64,000 bases of DNA from Chrysomallon squamiferum (lineage: Eukaryota > Animalia > Mollusca), in the NCBI GenBank assembly GCA_012295275.1, contig CM022677.1, forward strand, positions 15,624,001-15,688,000. The letters are read 5' to 3'. The position numbers and the translations under genes are program-made. Position 1 is the stretch's first letter. The number at the start of each line of letters is the position of its first letter. Shown here piece after piece: positions 1 through 16,677 of this stretch. The notes under the pieces were generated by a model. It saw only the letters and a list, made by a program, of their open reading frames with translations. It had not been told where the DNA came from and searched no databases.

Positions 1-483
1 ACACCTGGTAACTAGTTATTTATATATTTGCTGGTTTCATTGTATTAACCCATATGTGATTGATGTGACAGATGACAATATTTCTATTTGATCTATCTTA
101 GTCTTTACTACTGAATGTTCAACGTTAGTGCGAATACAGTTTTTAAAAGTGCTTGTGTTTGTTCTGTTCTAGTGTTATAATATATAGCATACTGATACTG
201 ACCACTAGAGCAAACCAACTCAGGTAGCACCTCCCTGAGACAGATACACATTTACAACTTAGGGGAATTCCCATGGCACCATGTAAAGCATTATAATGAT
301 AATGTTAATACTAATAATAACAATCATAATTAACAAAACAGCAAATAACTGATTATTATTACACTGTTTTATTGTTAATTAGAATTTTTCTCTAAGACAT
401 AAAATAAAATAAACTCACAATTCAGAATGTATGAGAATGGTTTCTGTAACAGCTGATTCATCCTTTTCCATGATGTAAGTTAC

Positions 484-708
484 CTTTCTAGACAGCACCT
501 CAGTAAAACTGAATTGACCTACAGAAAATATTTAATATCAGTAGTAAGTATAAAGTTTATTAATTTTAATAAAAACATGATATATTTTTATCAATCTACA
601 TTTGTTCGACAAACACATTTTTCTGCTTATTATCATTTGTTCATATTTCAGTTATTTTTATTTATGGATTAAATTAGCCAAGACACAGGTACACACACAT
701 ACAGCCAA

Positions 709-763
<55 letters not shown>

Positions 764-768
764 TATAC

Positions 769-801
<33 letters not shown>

Positions 802-1075
802 TCTCTCTCTCACACAGACATATATATATATATACACTCTCTCTCTCACACACACACATATATATATATACACACACTCTCTCTCTCTCTCATTGACTTT
901 GCAGTAAAGTAATCATTATCTCTAGGTAAAGATTTAAAGCAACTAAGTAAACTTTAGTTTTGACAAAACAGATTAGTTGTGTGTTATCACTAACAATAAC
1001 AAGCTCAAAAGACAGGACAAAAATTTCAAACACGATTTGTAGAAATTCTAACTTTCAGTATACAATCTAGTGATT

Positions 1076-1123
<48 letters not shown>

Positions 1124-1222
1124 TAAAACATACCCTGGCACTGTTGAGAGATTTCTGAAAACATTCTAACACAGACCTGACACATCTCTTGATACCAGAC
1201 TGTTTGTAAGATGTTGCATCAT
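484..1222 (-). CDS. Two putative coding exons (1134-1222, 484-518) of an unidentified gene that continues left
   Basis: AG/GT boundaries (ttccag|...|gtatgt; tgtag|...|gtaac); phase-compatible open join DATSYKQSGIKRCVRSVLECFQKSLNSAR/VNSVLLRCCLE; no family recognised. Confidence 0.4.
710..890. repeat. Compound (CT)n/(TA)n/(CA)n microsatellite
   Basis: Directly visible; explains ORFs 602..907 and 658..873. Confidence 0.95.
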
Positions 1223-1959
1223 CTGGAAAATAACATAATAATTATAAAATAATAATATTTTTTTTAACGCATTTTAATCATAGACGATGATAACAATTAA
1301 TATCAATAATAACCTTAACAACAACAATAGTAGTAGTAATAGTAGTAATAATACATTAATAGTAAAAATAGGAATAATAACACAACAATAACAGTAATAA
1401 TAATTTACTATATACATTTTGAAAATGATTTTCATCAATTACTGATTATAATATTTGTTAATGAGAAAAAGAAGGAATGAATGTTTTATTCAACAACATG
1501 TATATAGCATCATATTTTTGCTTTTGTATTTAACACGTTTTATGAAGGAATGTGGTAACTATACTGTAGAAAAAAGTGTCATAACGGGAAATACTAATTT
1601 CTTCATTTTCAGAGCATTTATTTTTTCTATTTTTGATGAATAATTATAAGTTTTATATAAAGTCTGAAATTTGAGGTAATTCAAACAAAATGACAATGCA
1701 CATAATAATTAGAATATATATTTTGAAATATTTGAAATTTATAAAGAATTTTCTCCAAATGCTTTCTGCAAAATCCATGCCGGCGGTGAATTTAATTTGG
1801 CCTCGCAAACATCAAAAATAAATGTTAATAATGATATGAAGAAGAAAATGAAAAACAGTAATAATGATTTTAAAAATAATAATAATAAAAATTAAAGCTC
1901 GTAATAGTAGTAATAATAATAATAATAAAAAGAAGATGAAGAAAAAGAAAAACAACATT

Positions 1960-2050
1960 CCGTGGTAAGAATTTCAGCCAGGACGTGAAGTCTCTCTCTT
2001 TTAAAATTCGCGCGAATCTCCGAATCGGAGTCGCGCAAAATAAAACATCC
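1960..2050. promoter_or_regulatory. CpG-rich patch with E2F-like TTCGCGC motif and a short hairpin; possible promoter of the minus-strand gene
   Basis: ttcgcgcgaatctccgaatcggagtcgcgcaaaa at 2007-2040 in otherwise CpG-poor DNA, upstream of the 1134-1222 exon. Confidence 0.3.
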
Positions 2051-2706
2051 GAATCCATTTGTATTTGCATCATACATTTCAAAAATTCTATTAAACTGAA
2101 TAATCAACAGTAAAACATTACCAAATTAAAAGCAAAAAAGTGTATTATCCATAGGAATCTGTGTATGTTCAAAACATCGTGGTTTATCGAGACTAGTCTG
2201 GCCTGAGACATAGCGGTGGTTGACCCTTTTCTATGAACCAAATTACCAAGAAACAGAACCGAAAGGAACATGTTTGTTTTACCGCATCTAAATTTTCGGA
2301 AGGCGAACTTCCTCGATCCCCATATGCAGAGACTTGTCCTAACCTTCCGTCAGTTGATCTTCCGCTATCTTTAATATCAACAATCATGATGTTGATGTAT
2401 AACACAGATGTGGCTAAACACCTTCCAAACAATCAGAGGCTGAGAACTGCCACAGGATCAGTATACGTACACTTCCCCTACAGAGTAATATTAGAAATTG
2501 TTATAATTCATATAATTTAAAAAAAAAAAAAATAGTCTTTGTGTGTTTTTAATTTTATTATGTATATATTGATCAAAATCTGTTTTTGTTGTTTGTCAAC
2601 CAGCAAAAGATAACCTCTATATATATATATATACACACACACACATTATTACACATCTTGTTCGAGTTTATGAAAACAAACATTAAAAGCACTAGAATGA
2701 ACACCA

Positions 2707-4740
<2,034 letters not shown>

Positions 4741-5749
4741 TTTATTTTGGTTGAAAAAGTAAGAAAGACGCAAGAGATCACGGCTTGGTTATATGAATAA
4801 CCATCCTTATCAGTTAAATCATAGAAGGTTCAGAAAAGAGACGTAAAATAATTGAATTTGGAAGTTTAAAAACTTCCGAGAGCTCACGGAAACTGCCGAT
4901 CGAAATGCAATATGGCAACATCGAACGCCGATCAGTGTTTATGCACTTTTAAACATGTAGTCCTTTATAATGCAGTCAATTTTATTTGGATTATGAAAAG
5001 TAATTTGTGGAAGTATGTCAAATAACCAATGCCTCTGATACATAGATGTCTACTACTGAGAAGTAATTGTTGTAAAGGTTGGAACATTTTTTTGTTGTTG
5101 TTTTAGTTTGTACCGTTGACGTAATGTACCATCTTGTATCGATTTCGTATTATGCATTTTTTCAGATATTATTAGACGTCACCAGCGAAAAAAAAAAAAA
5201 AATTTAATAAATAAATACAAAAAAAAAAAAATACAAAAAAAATAAATAAAGAAATAAAGAAAAGAAAAATATTAGAATAAAATTAAATAACTGAAATAAA
5301 ATTTTAAAAAAAGAAAAATTTTAACTGACGCTGGTGGATTAATATTCTCTTTAGGTACCATAATGTGGACACGTTACACTTTTAAAACTCCATAGCAGAC
5401 AGCTCTGAGTACGTAGTTGTAAAACGACACTTGAAACCATTATAAATTTTTATTTTAATATTTATTTCCATTTTCACTGCATTAGAGATGGTATTTACAT
5501 GTATTAATTTTTCACTCTATTTCGTTAAAACAAGAAGCATTCAACTTCTGAAACATGTACTATCATGTATGCAAACAATGAGTTTCCAATTTTATTTTAT
5601 TTTAAATCTTAATTATGGACGGGAACTTTGTAACATAATTTTTTTTGTAAACTGTTTGAAATCCTTATATCGTAAGTGATTTATCTCAAACAATCAATAA
5701 ACTAATAAATGACAGAACTTATCATTTAGTTAAATAACGTATATACGTA

Positions 5750-6840
5750 TATGTGTGTGTGTGACTAATTTTGAGATAGAGTGAGATAGATTGATAGATA
5801 AATAGTTAGATAGATGGATTGCTAGATGATGCATAGAGAGATAGGTAGACAATAATTATAGATAGATGGTCAAACTGATGTGTATATGTATGAGTCTTTA
5901 TAAATATGATCATAATTATGTGTTTGTATGTTAACGAGAATGGGTATATAAATGTGGGTGAAAGTGTGCTTTTTGTGGACTTTTGAGATAGTCAGATGAC
6001 TGATAGAGAGATAAGTGAATGAATTTGGGTTTATATATGTATATGTGTGTTAGAGAGGATAGACGCAGATAGATGGATATTTACAAACTACTATAATGAG
6101 TATATGTCTATGAATATATTGTTATGTATTTAGAGGATTGGTATATAAATGAATGTGTAAATGAGAGTATGTTTATATTTGAGTATGTATGTTAAAAAGA
6201 AAGGCTAGATATAGATAGATAGATCTACTGAGAGAGAGAGACTGATATGTAGGTGTGGTTACATGTGTTTGTGTGTTATAGAGAGAGAACAGGTATTGAC
6301 CTCTGTATGAAACTGAGAAGTATGCCCTGTATGATTTTTCAGTGAATGAGATAGATTAATAGATACAGAGATAGAGATAGATATAAAGATAGTTATATAT
6401 AGAGATAGATAGATAAGTTTGAAAGATGAAAGGCAGATATGTGAGATAGGTGCGTGTATATATAGATATATATATATATATTTATATAAAGTATATATTT
6501 ATTAAACAGAAAATGATGGTCAATAAATAAGTGTGAACAAGATTATGTTTATACTGTTTATTTATTTTAGATAGATTAGATATAGATTTGTGGGTGGATT
6601 TACTTACAGACAGGTATGTGTATAGGTGTAAGTATATACTGAATAGAGTTTATACTGAGTAACTATTTTTGGGAGGGTTAGAGAGAGGTGATGTGTGAAT
6701 GAGAATGTGTTTATGTGTATATATATATATTTGTTAGGTAAGCTATGTCTGCAAATGTGAAAGCTGGAGTGCATATGTAAGAAAGAGTGAGTATTTCTCT
6801 TTGTGAGCAAGATAGAGAATACGTGCATGTTCAAAAAGAA
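5750..6840. repeat. Degenerate GA/GT/TA-rich low-complexity tract
   Basis: Decayed gatagata and gtgtat units. Confidence 0.7.
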
Positions 6841-8487
6841 GTGTTCTTTGTATAATACACCCATTCTTTCTAAAAATATACAATTTTTTCCCACAGTTTC
6901 TTGCTCAAATACTCGAATCAGATATACATATATATATATATATATATATCTATATACCAGCCTACCTAAAAGTCTCTATATTTCTGTTGGCTCTTCAATT
7001 TTCTAACCTGATTCTACTGTTAGCATAGTTAAAACAACAACAACACACACATATCTGTAATTTCACGTATTTTCTGCTTAATTTAGTTTTGTTCTGGAGT
7101 GTTGTTTATTAAAGAAACAAAATTTCACCTGTAACGTGAAATAATAATAATAATAATAATAAATAATAATAATAAAGATGATGATGATGATGATGATGAT
7201 GATAACAATAAGAAGAAGAAAATGAAAAGTAATAATAACAAACATGAAAGACAATAACAAATGCATACAGAACAATATTGATCAAGAAACGGGTATACAA
7301 TCATCTACACACAACAAAACACACACACACACACACTCATACACATGCAGATATATTTTTTGACTTTGTCACAGTGTTGCAGTGTGGACTTTGAAATACT
7401 CAGTCTTTGCTGTATCTCACATTGACACATAACATCTTCAGACATTTGTCCAATGTGTCAAATTTTCAGAGCAGAAAAACAACAACACTGGAAATCTTTG
7501 TAACTGTATAAGTACTTTAATCCTAGGATTAAATTAATTTCCTATTTGAGAATCCATTTTCCCACTGGAATCTAGGACAGCATTTGCCAGATTAAACACT
7601 GTTTTAAAAATATTTTCATGTTATTACTGAATTTTTTTTATTATTCTTAATAATTTAATTCTGTTTTTCAGCTGTAGTAACACAAAAGTCAGGCAGCTGA
7701 AATTCTTGATTCTCTGGACTGCCTCTGAAATCCTGGTGATCTTCTCAAAGAGATCATTAAAAATGGAAATGTGAGTGGTTTACAAAAATGTTGTCTTGGT
7801 GTTTCTAAGTCTGCATTATAGGTAGCTGTGATCCCATCCTCATTACATCTCAATAGTTATGTTTTTCTTTGTTTGTTTTGGGTGTTTTTTAATTCACTTT
7901 AGTCTTTTTTCTTTTGGATGACGTGAAACTAATGTAGTAATTGAGACTCGTTTCCAACTCGCATATGGCTTTGCGTCTGCTAAAAACACAAAACAAAACA
8001 ACATTTTAATCTATTGAACAAGAACAGATAATTTTGAATTCACAGATAAGAAATATTCACTTATTAATATGTTTATGACATCAAGGCTGACATCAAACAC
8101 AGTAACGATACGGAACTCTCTGGTATGGAACTAGGCAAGTCTTAGATTGTAATGTTTATATCAGTTTTCATTTTCTTAAATAACAGAAATTATACTAAAT
8201 AAGAATTTTAAAAATATATATTGTTTTGTTATTTATTTATTTATTATTAACACTGAACAGTCTATGCATTTTTCATTATCAGTAATAGAAAATATAAAAA
8301 TATTGATTTTGTTTCACAAAGACAAGGAAAACAAATTTTTAAAAAAATGTTTGATGTATCAGAAGCATGAAGAAGATGCATTTTCCACAGAAAACATGAA
8401 ACATATAAAATAAACCCATATTTTATAATCAACAGTGAAACAGTAAATTAAGTAAAATATTCATTTTTCACAGTGACATATGCTTTA

Positions 8488-8523
<36 letters not shown>

Positions 8524-10079
8524 TGTGTTTTTTTTATATTGTTCTTGCTTCTTTTTCAAATATTTTGGAAGCAGCACATTAAATTTCAGGTTTTACTTTA
8601 TAAAGAACTCAGTGCATAATGAGACGTGAACATTAATGGGTTTTTTTTTTTTTATTAAAAAGGAAGAAGTGAGAAGACCTGAAATTAAGGAGGTGTATTA
8701 TTATCTACACACAGATTGATACTGAAAAGAAGAGGTGTAAAGGTTAAACCAACTTTTATTGGACTCATTAGGACAAAACCCTGATTGCTGTGGGTGGTAT
8801 GCTAAACATTTCAACCATTAGGGCAAATGACTAGTTTGACATATTGACTGTAACATATAGACATTAAATTCACAGCCACTCTTAATTTATCTGCTATTAA
8901 TATTCTCCATAGGATTTTTCTCTTTTTTGTCACTATTTGTAATTCTTTTTTTTTTTTTTTATTATTATTATTGACATTGTATATCAATAAGCTGTAAAGT
9001 TTAGAATAATAAAGAATTGAATTGAACCACTAATGATGTTGCAAAGCATTAAACCTGCTTGACTGATTGTCTGAATTACTATCAGGCAGATGTCAAACAA
9101 TGCCATGGAAAATCCAGTCATTTGGCCTAATTCCTTGACATTTTACTCATTAGGCCTAATTTCTGATGGTTTTTGTGTTAGGCTAAATGACTAGTTTGAC
9201 ATATTGACTGTAACATATATGCATGTGTAAGAATGTTTTATTCTATATTTTTAGTTCTAGACATATATTTAAGTGTGTTTATAGATGGAAAGACATACAG
9301 AAAAATAGATATGTAATGTAGTTATACAGACATTGATGTGTAGGTAAGTAGTGAGATGCATTGATCATACATGGATGATTACTGATGGTTTCTTAAGACT
9401 TATTTCAAACTGATAAATTATGCAAATAAATTTGACATGAAAGCAGCGATATCCTTTGATCAGACATGTTATTTTTACATTTCTTTGAGAAAGATGGCAA
9501 AATCAAAATGCAACATCTTGAAATGGATATTACTATTTAAGTGAAAACAGTTTAAATTCTTATTTAATAAAATACCAAAATATATTTTATATGAAAATAG
9601 CTGTCACCTTAATTATTTTTTATTTTCCCCTTTTCTACTAATATTAATACTATGTTAGTAATAATAATTATTATTATTATGATTATGATTATTATTCTAA
9701 TTATTATTGTGATTGCTTATTTGTCATTTTGTTTACTTTTTGTCTTCTCTCTTATTTTCAGAAATGTGCTTGATTCTGTTTTCTTCACCTCTGCTGTTGT
9801 TGCTGTAGTTGTTTCATCACCACTTTCTGCTGCTGTTCTCTTTAAGCTAGTTTCTGACTGAACTGTGTTTTCACTGACTGTGTTACTGCTGTTTTCTGCT
9901 TCTATCACTGGCACATACTCTACCTCCATCATCTTTTTACCTACAAACAAGTGATATTTTTATATACCTCTTATCTCTTTATAGCACTGTGAATCATTTT
10001 GTTTCTACATAATTATCTTTGCATGATGTGTAAGAGTTAGTTTTTATGGTGATGTCATATATATATTTATGTAATTGAA

Positions 10080-11100
10080 TGTATGGTTCTGTGTATGTGT
10101 GTATTTATATGTGTGTGAGTGTGTGTGTGTGTGTCTCGTATTAAATTTGTAGGTTGTGTGTGTGAATTTGTCTGTATTTGTATAGTGAGTGTGTGTCTAT
10201 ATATGTGCAAGTCTGAGTTTCTGTGTGTATGTGCTTCTGTGTGAGTGTGTATGTATCTGTGTTTGTATGGATTTTTTTATAGGTATGCCTATGTGTGCAT
10301 GTGTATGCACATATGTGTGTATTAGTTTATGATGAATTATGAGTTTTTTTTTAATTGTGTATGTTAATGGAATATGTTTATTTTTCTATTTTAATGTGAG
10401 TGTTTGATTTTAAATTAGTAAATAATTATTTAAAAAAATAAAAAAAAATTTAAAATAATTAAATATAGCTAGGTATTTTATTCAATTTCTGTTGCTATTT
10501 ATTTTCAGATTTGTTTTTGTTTTTGGTGTTCAGATAATGTTTTCTGAACTAATAATTTATTTGGCATTGATTACACCAACATACACAGTAATACAAACAC
10601 ATGTATTCATACACACATACTTAGATATAAGTACACATAATCCATACTTATACATACATACACTAATACAGACACATACATACATCTACACATATATACA
10701 AACATTCTAAAACATACACATATACACACATTCAGAAACATATTCATGATCACTAGATAATTTGTGATCACTAAATAAACAAATTCACACAAACAACACA
10801 CACAAAATACAAACACACAGATACCCAAATACATTCATACTCTTACACACATATTCACACATACATCCAGACATACAAACATACAATACTTACACAGACA
10901 CATATACATGCAAACATGCAGAAATACATACCTAGTCATGCACACATAATAAGCACACAGATACATGCAGATACAGACTTCCACACATACAAACACTCAC
11001 AGATACACATGCACACATACATATAAAAATACATACACTCAAATACACATGTATACAGACTTACACAAGTACATACACACTCACACACACATTGAAATAT
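10080..11100. repeat. Degenerate (TG)-rich then (CA)-rich low-complexity tracts
   Basis: TG-rich at about 10080-10320 and CA-rich at about 10570-11090. Confidence 0.75.
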
Positions 11101-12939
11101 AGATAGATACTCTTATCACTGGCCCATAAACCAAAGAATGAAGAAATGTTTTTTCAGCTGTTTTATTTTAAGAGACAGATTACTGTTGTATATGTATATC
11201 ATGTAGCATTACAAATCCTCAGTGCTTTATCTGTGAATGAATTTCAATTATAGCCAGTGTACAGTGTGACTTAACAGAAACAGAAGAGTTAGCTTTTCTC
11301 TGAGATTGTAAGAATTGTCATTATTATTTACCACTGAGTAGCATGATGTATCACAGTGTTTTCAATACTGCAGCCACTAACATGTTGCTGATTATGTAAG
11401 GTTTTGTTTATAATATAGAGTGGTCTTGATAGGTTAGTTATTAAAATATTAGTAGCTTAAAGTTCTGATGTGTTTACACAAAATACAGAACATGTAGATG
11501 ATTGATACAAAGCATGACAAATACTTAGACTTTTTAACGTTATTTTTATTTATTTATATTATTTCTTAATTATTTTTATATTTTTCTAAAAAAATGTTTT
11601 AAAGTATATAATCTGCAAAATGCCATTTTTTTTTTTTTTACGAACCTGAATGTAGAAACCAGTTATTTATCAAGTGTGTGTGAACAGATAATTATAATAA
11701 AAGTGAGAGTTAGTAAATGATAATTACAATAATAGTAAGTAGCCTGTAGATGATAATTACAATAATAGTAAGTAGCCTGGAGATGATAATTATGATAATA
11801 ATGAGCAGAGCTGTATCAATTATTTTCATTTTTCTCTGACATAATTTCCTGTTCTAACCACACCTAAACTGTGATATATTAAAACAAACATAAAAGATAG
11901 GAAAAACACAACAATTTTATTTTATTTACAAGTGATTAGAAATGTGTTTCTTTTTGTCTTTTCCTTTTTTTCTTTTTTAATATTTTTGGGGGGTTTTGTT
12001 TTTAAAGCCATACTATGACATTTTTTGTTAAACACTGTATGTATATTGTAAATGAGAAAAAAGGGAAAAAAAGAAAAAACAACTATAACTAATTTTTAAA
12101 ACTATAAAAATAAATAAATAAATAAATAAATACTTTTTTCTATAACATATGCATCACAAATATACCATGAGCCAATGTATGTTTGTGTGAGTGTTTATGT
12201 GTTTGAGTGTATATGTGGGTATTTTTTCGATGCACGTGGGTATGTATGCAGGCATGTGTTTATAGTGTGTATGTATGTATATCTATACATACATACAAAT
12301 AATGAAAGAATATGTTTAGTAATGGCTTTTTATTCAGTTTAAACTGATAAGTGGTACAGAATGTATGTTACGTTAAGATACAACAACAAAAAAAATCTAA
12401 TTAACTAAAGAAATAAAGCAATAAATAAATGAATAAATAAATAATATTGCATTTATAAATAGATAATAAATAATGAAATTAATGCTCCCGAGAAATAAAA
12501 TTGTAGCCAACAGAGGAAAAGTAAAAAGAAATATAACACACTTAGTAATTTTACAGAGAGTAAATTCAGTATTCTATTGTAGAAGAACGTAAGGAAAGCA
12601 GACTGACAGACAAATCAAATGTTTGTTTTGTTCTAATACAATAAATCTGTGAGAATATTGCACAGCTCTTTGTTCTTTCTGAGAAGCTCGTAGTAGCGTT
12701 TTGGCGGCTTCGACACTTGACACATGGACAACACCAAGACAACCACTTCATTTTTTCTACTTTTTGTTCACTTTATAAACACAACAGCAGCTGACTTTTG
12801 TTGCTAATTGTCTAGTTGCTAATGACGTAATAATATTCAAATTGACCAATCAGCTTCAACTTTCTGACATCGAAGTGTTAAATATAGATAAGCTCATCAT
12901 TAAAATTATTAAAGTTATCAATTTCAGATGTTTTTGTAT

Positions 12940-13440
12940 CTTTGGCCTTCAACAGTGTAAAAGCTTGAAACTGAATTCAAGGCGGACAGAGCTTTGAGGA
13001 TGACCCAAGGTCTGGACAGCATGCATCTGTACCTTCCTACAAAAACGCTGACCATATATGACATATGTTAATGGATGACAGGCAATAGCTAATGTTATTG
13101 ACATTTCCCATGGAAGCATTCTGCACACACAACTTGGAATGACTACAGTTTTTGCTCATTGGGTTCCACGTCTTTCAACACTTCATCAAAAACCCATCAG
13201 GCTGGTCACATCATGGACTGTTTTGAAGCAGATCAAGCCCATTTCATTGAATGTTTCCTAACCCAGAATAATTGCTAGGTCTACCACTGTCACGTAGACA
13301 CAAAGAAGAAATGAATGCATTGGAAACAAATACTCTCACCTTCAGGATTGTTTCAGTTTTTGGGGAAGCAGAGGTATTATTTTTATAGACTACCTTCAGA
13401 AGGACTAAACCATAAACAGAGAGTACTATGCTAAATTGTT
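12940..13440 (+). mobile_element. Degraded mariner (Tc1/mariner) transposase fragment
   Basis: Manual translation across stops and frameshifts: FEDDPRSG; IDISHGSILHTQLGMTTVFAHWVPRLS (mariner WVPHEL/WVPRLL motif); FLTQNNC*VYH (decayed VTGDETWV); RGIIFIDYLQK; INREYYAKL. Confidence 0.85.
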
Positions 13441-13971
13441 TTCTGTGTGCACAAGTCTGTTTAGAACATGTGAGTTATATAATGTGTCAAAACTTTCCTA
13501 ATTATTGTTTCTTATTTAATACCGGATATCTAAATAATCTCCAGATTGAAATATATGATCAAATCAAAGATATAGAGTAGCTATGTACTTTATTGAAAAT
13601 ATAATTATTATTGTTGTTGTTGTTGTTGTTAATTAATTAATTTATTTATTTATTTACTTGGAGGTTTAGGACATTAATACTGCTAATAATTTAGATTTGC
13701 AAATGTTTTGCAGTTTGTATAGTTTTGTGATGAAATAAAACACGAAAAGTGAAAAGCCTGACATTTCTAAAATTACAGTAAGACACCAACTTGATACTGA
13801 AACGAGTTCTATGTACCATTCTGCAACTCCTACAATATATTTTGTGATATATAGGTTATGGTCTTGATCATATTCTTGTTTGTGTTTCATTAGATTTTTA
13901 TTCTACGTTTGTTGGAAATGTTAGTGCACTCTGTTAAAAAAAATATATATATATATTTATAATATTTTCAG

Positions 13972-14272
13972 GTCACTAAATCTAGGTGGTATTGGTGTTG
14001 TTATTGGACATGAGATCACACACGGCTTTGGTAAACTACCAAACACATCCATACACTCACTATATACATACATGAATATATACATATCTGACTACAGCAA
14101 TATTACCATCAACAAAAAAAAAAATTATAATAAAATAAATTAAGAAAAAACCCACAAAATTAATAAATAAATAAATAAATATATATATATTTTAAAATAA
14201 CCAATGAAACAAAAATAATGAATCATGATGATGCATGATATAGCAGTGAGAGTGATGATGATGATTACAAAG

Positions 14273-14306
<34 letters not shown>

Positions 14307-16677
14307 TAATAATAATAGTAAACATATATAGAAACATTTATAAAACAAAAAATAAAAATAAAATAATAATATTTATTTCAGGAAGTCAGTATGATGAAAA
14401 TAGAAATCTGAACTACTGGTGGAATGAAACATCAATATCTATGTTTAATAAAAAGGCTCAATGCTTTGTTGATCAGTATTCAAAATATCACATGGATGGT
14501 GAACATGTAAATTAAATTATAGCTTGTTGTTAACAACTTGTAGAAAGAACAGTTATTCTCATAATTAATAAAATTTGGTATAGCTATTTGTTTTGGTGCC
14601 AAATATCTAAATAGTTCATATTTTACCATCATCAGACCAATGCTTTAAGAAATGAGCTCTTCAAAACTTGACAAAATGGAATTCATAGTATTTTAGTTTT
14701 TCAGTTTGTTGGATTATTTAACATGGAATGACCCCATAATGTTATATACAGTATATTTGCTATCTTATATTCTTGTCCATGCATATATACATATCTATTC
14801 ATCTAGTTGTACCTGCACATATTTACACATATATAATACTAAATTAAATATACTGCTATAAACATACACACTGAGACAAAGATACACAAGGTGTCATTCA
14901 AATTTATTTATTTCAGATCAGAGGGAAACAAACACTTCGTGAAAATATTGCTGATAATGTTGGATTGAAAGCAAGCTACAAAGTTAGTGTAGTAGTAGTA
15001 GTGGTAGCAGTAGTAATAGTAGTAATAGTTATTGTATCAGTAGTAGTAGCTGCATCAGAAGAAGTAGCAGCAGCAGCAGTAGTAGCAACTGTAGTTCCAA
15101 TAATAGTAGTATTAGTAGCAGTAGTGTTAATAGCATATATGGCAACTGTGGTGTGTTATAAAATGATAGGTTATAACATAACACTGAATAAAGCAATACA
15201 AAAGCTTTCCAATGATATCAGTATGTCTGTTTGTGATAAATTGTGGCATAATTAATTATTATTAACAGGAAATGTTATACCAAAGCACAAATTTCAGAAA
15301 TTTGCATGGAAGGGATACCTATATAAATAGTATATTGTAGCAGCAGCAGAAGCAGTAAGAATAGTAGTAATTTCAGATGTAATTTAAATAACCACTATTT
15401 ATTTATTTATTTATATGTTTAAGGAATATTCATATTTTACATTCAAAATTACAGGCTCTTGAAACATGGTTAGATGAAGGGAAAGGAGAAAAGCTTCTTC
15501 CTGGACTAAACTTCACACACAAACAACTTTTCTTTCTTAGCTTTGCTCAGGTAAGATACACTTAACACTGAAGCCAGTGTTTGCAAAGCCTTTTTTTGTT
15601 TATCACCAATTTTCAAGAAATAATATTGTAAAATGGAATGCCATCCAAACTCACAATAGTTTTAGAATTAATGAATTAAACTTAAAATAATTTATTAAAG
15701 TATTAAAAACAGCACACACACAATATACAAAAATATTATCGTTTAAAGATTAATGTTCTATTGTTTATTGCCTGACATTGCCTTGCATGTTAATAAAGAC
15801 TTTCTTGACTTTCCACATGCTCCCTGGGTTTTTTTCCTAATCTCTTTTTCCTCTAAGTGAACACTACAGGAACGATTAATTTTATTGAAATAGTTAAATA
15901 TCCTTGATGATTTTAGGGCTGGTTCTGCCATTACAAAAGGTTACTGCTGTCAAGTCAAACAGACACTAACTGCTCCTGCAAATGTGATACACACCAATTA
16001 CCCCAAAATGGTCAAAACCCCTACCATAGCCAGTCATTTGGGTTCTACAGTCCAACCTGCCAGCAGCTTCTCTAAGCACTTATAACTGATATAATTATTC
16101 TAAACTCTTTGTTTGTACAGGTGTGGTGTTCTAAAATAAAACCGGCCAGTGCTTGATATCAGATGATTGGTGATCCACATTCTCTTAACAAGTTTAGGTA
16201 ACATGCAGATTAATTATTATAATACAAATGTTTCTAAATAATAATAACTACAACAACAGCAACAACAATAACAATAACAACAACAATAATAATAATGGTA
16301 ATATGACAACAAAATAGTAATAATTTATAATAATAATAATATTAGAAATAATTATTAAAAATATGGCAACAGTAAGAATATTTTTGTTGTTGAGATAAAG
16401 GAAATGTTCATTTATTTACTTCCATTGAAACTTTTTTGTTATAATCTTTTTTATAAATTGTATTTTGTGTATTGAATTTTTTCTTTTCTTTCATTTCTTC
16501 TTTCTTTCTTTCTGTCTTTATTTATTCATTTATTTATTTCAGTTGATTTTTATTTACTTATTTATTTTTCTTTACAGAGTTATTGGCACACTTTCGAACT
16601 CCAAGGAGTTTGCTGAACAGTTTAAATGTCCACTTGGTTCACTAATGAATCCAGAACACAAGTGTCATTTATTGTGA
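13972..16677 (+). pseudogene. Neprilysin/endothelin-converting enzyme-like (peptidase M13) gene, last six exons, disrupted
   Basis: Exons 13972-14030 (SLNLGGIGVVIGHEITHGF), 14382-14506 (SQYDENRNLNYWW..KAQCFVDQY), 14917-14982 (TLRENIADNVGL), 15455-15550 (LPGLNFTHKQLFFLSFAQ), 16121-16197 (VWCS..*..DPHS..FR), 16578-16677 ([29 protein letters not shown]). All GT-AG and phase-compatible; in-frame TGA at 16154-16156. Confidence 0.9.

Noticed and set aside
16154-16156. TGA as selenocysteine or readthrough in the M13 gene
   Set aside because: Not a conserved Cys position, no SECIS recognised, and other independent lesions indicate a pseudogene
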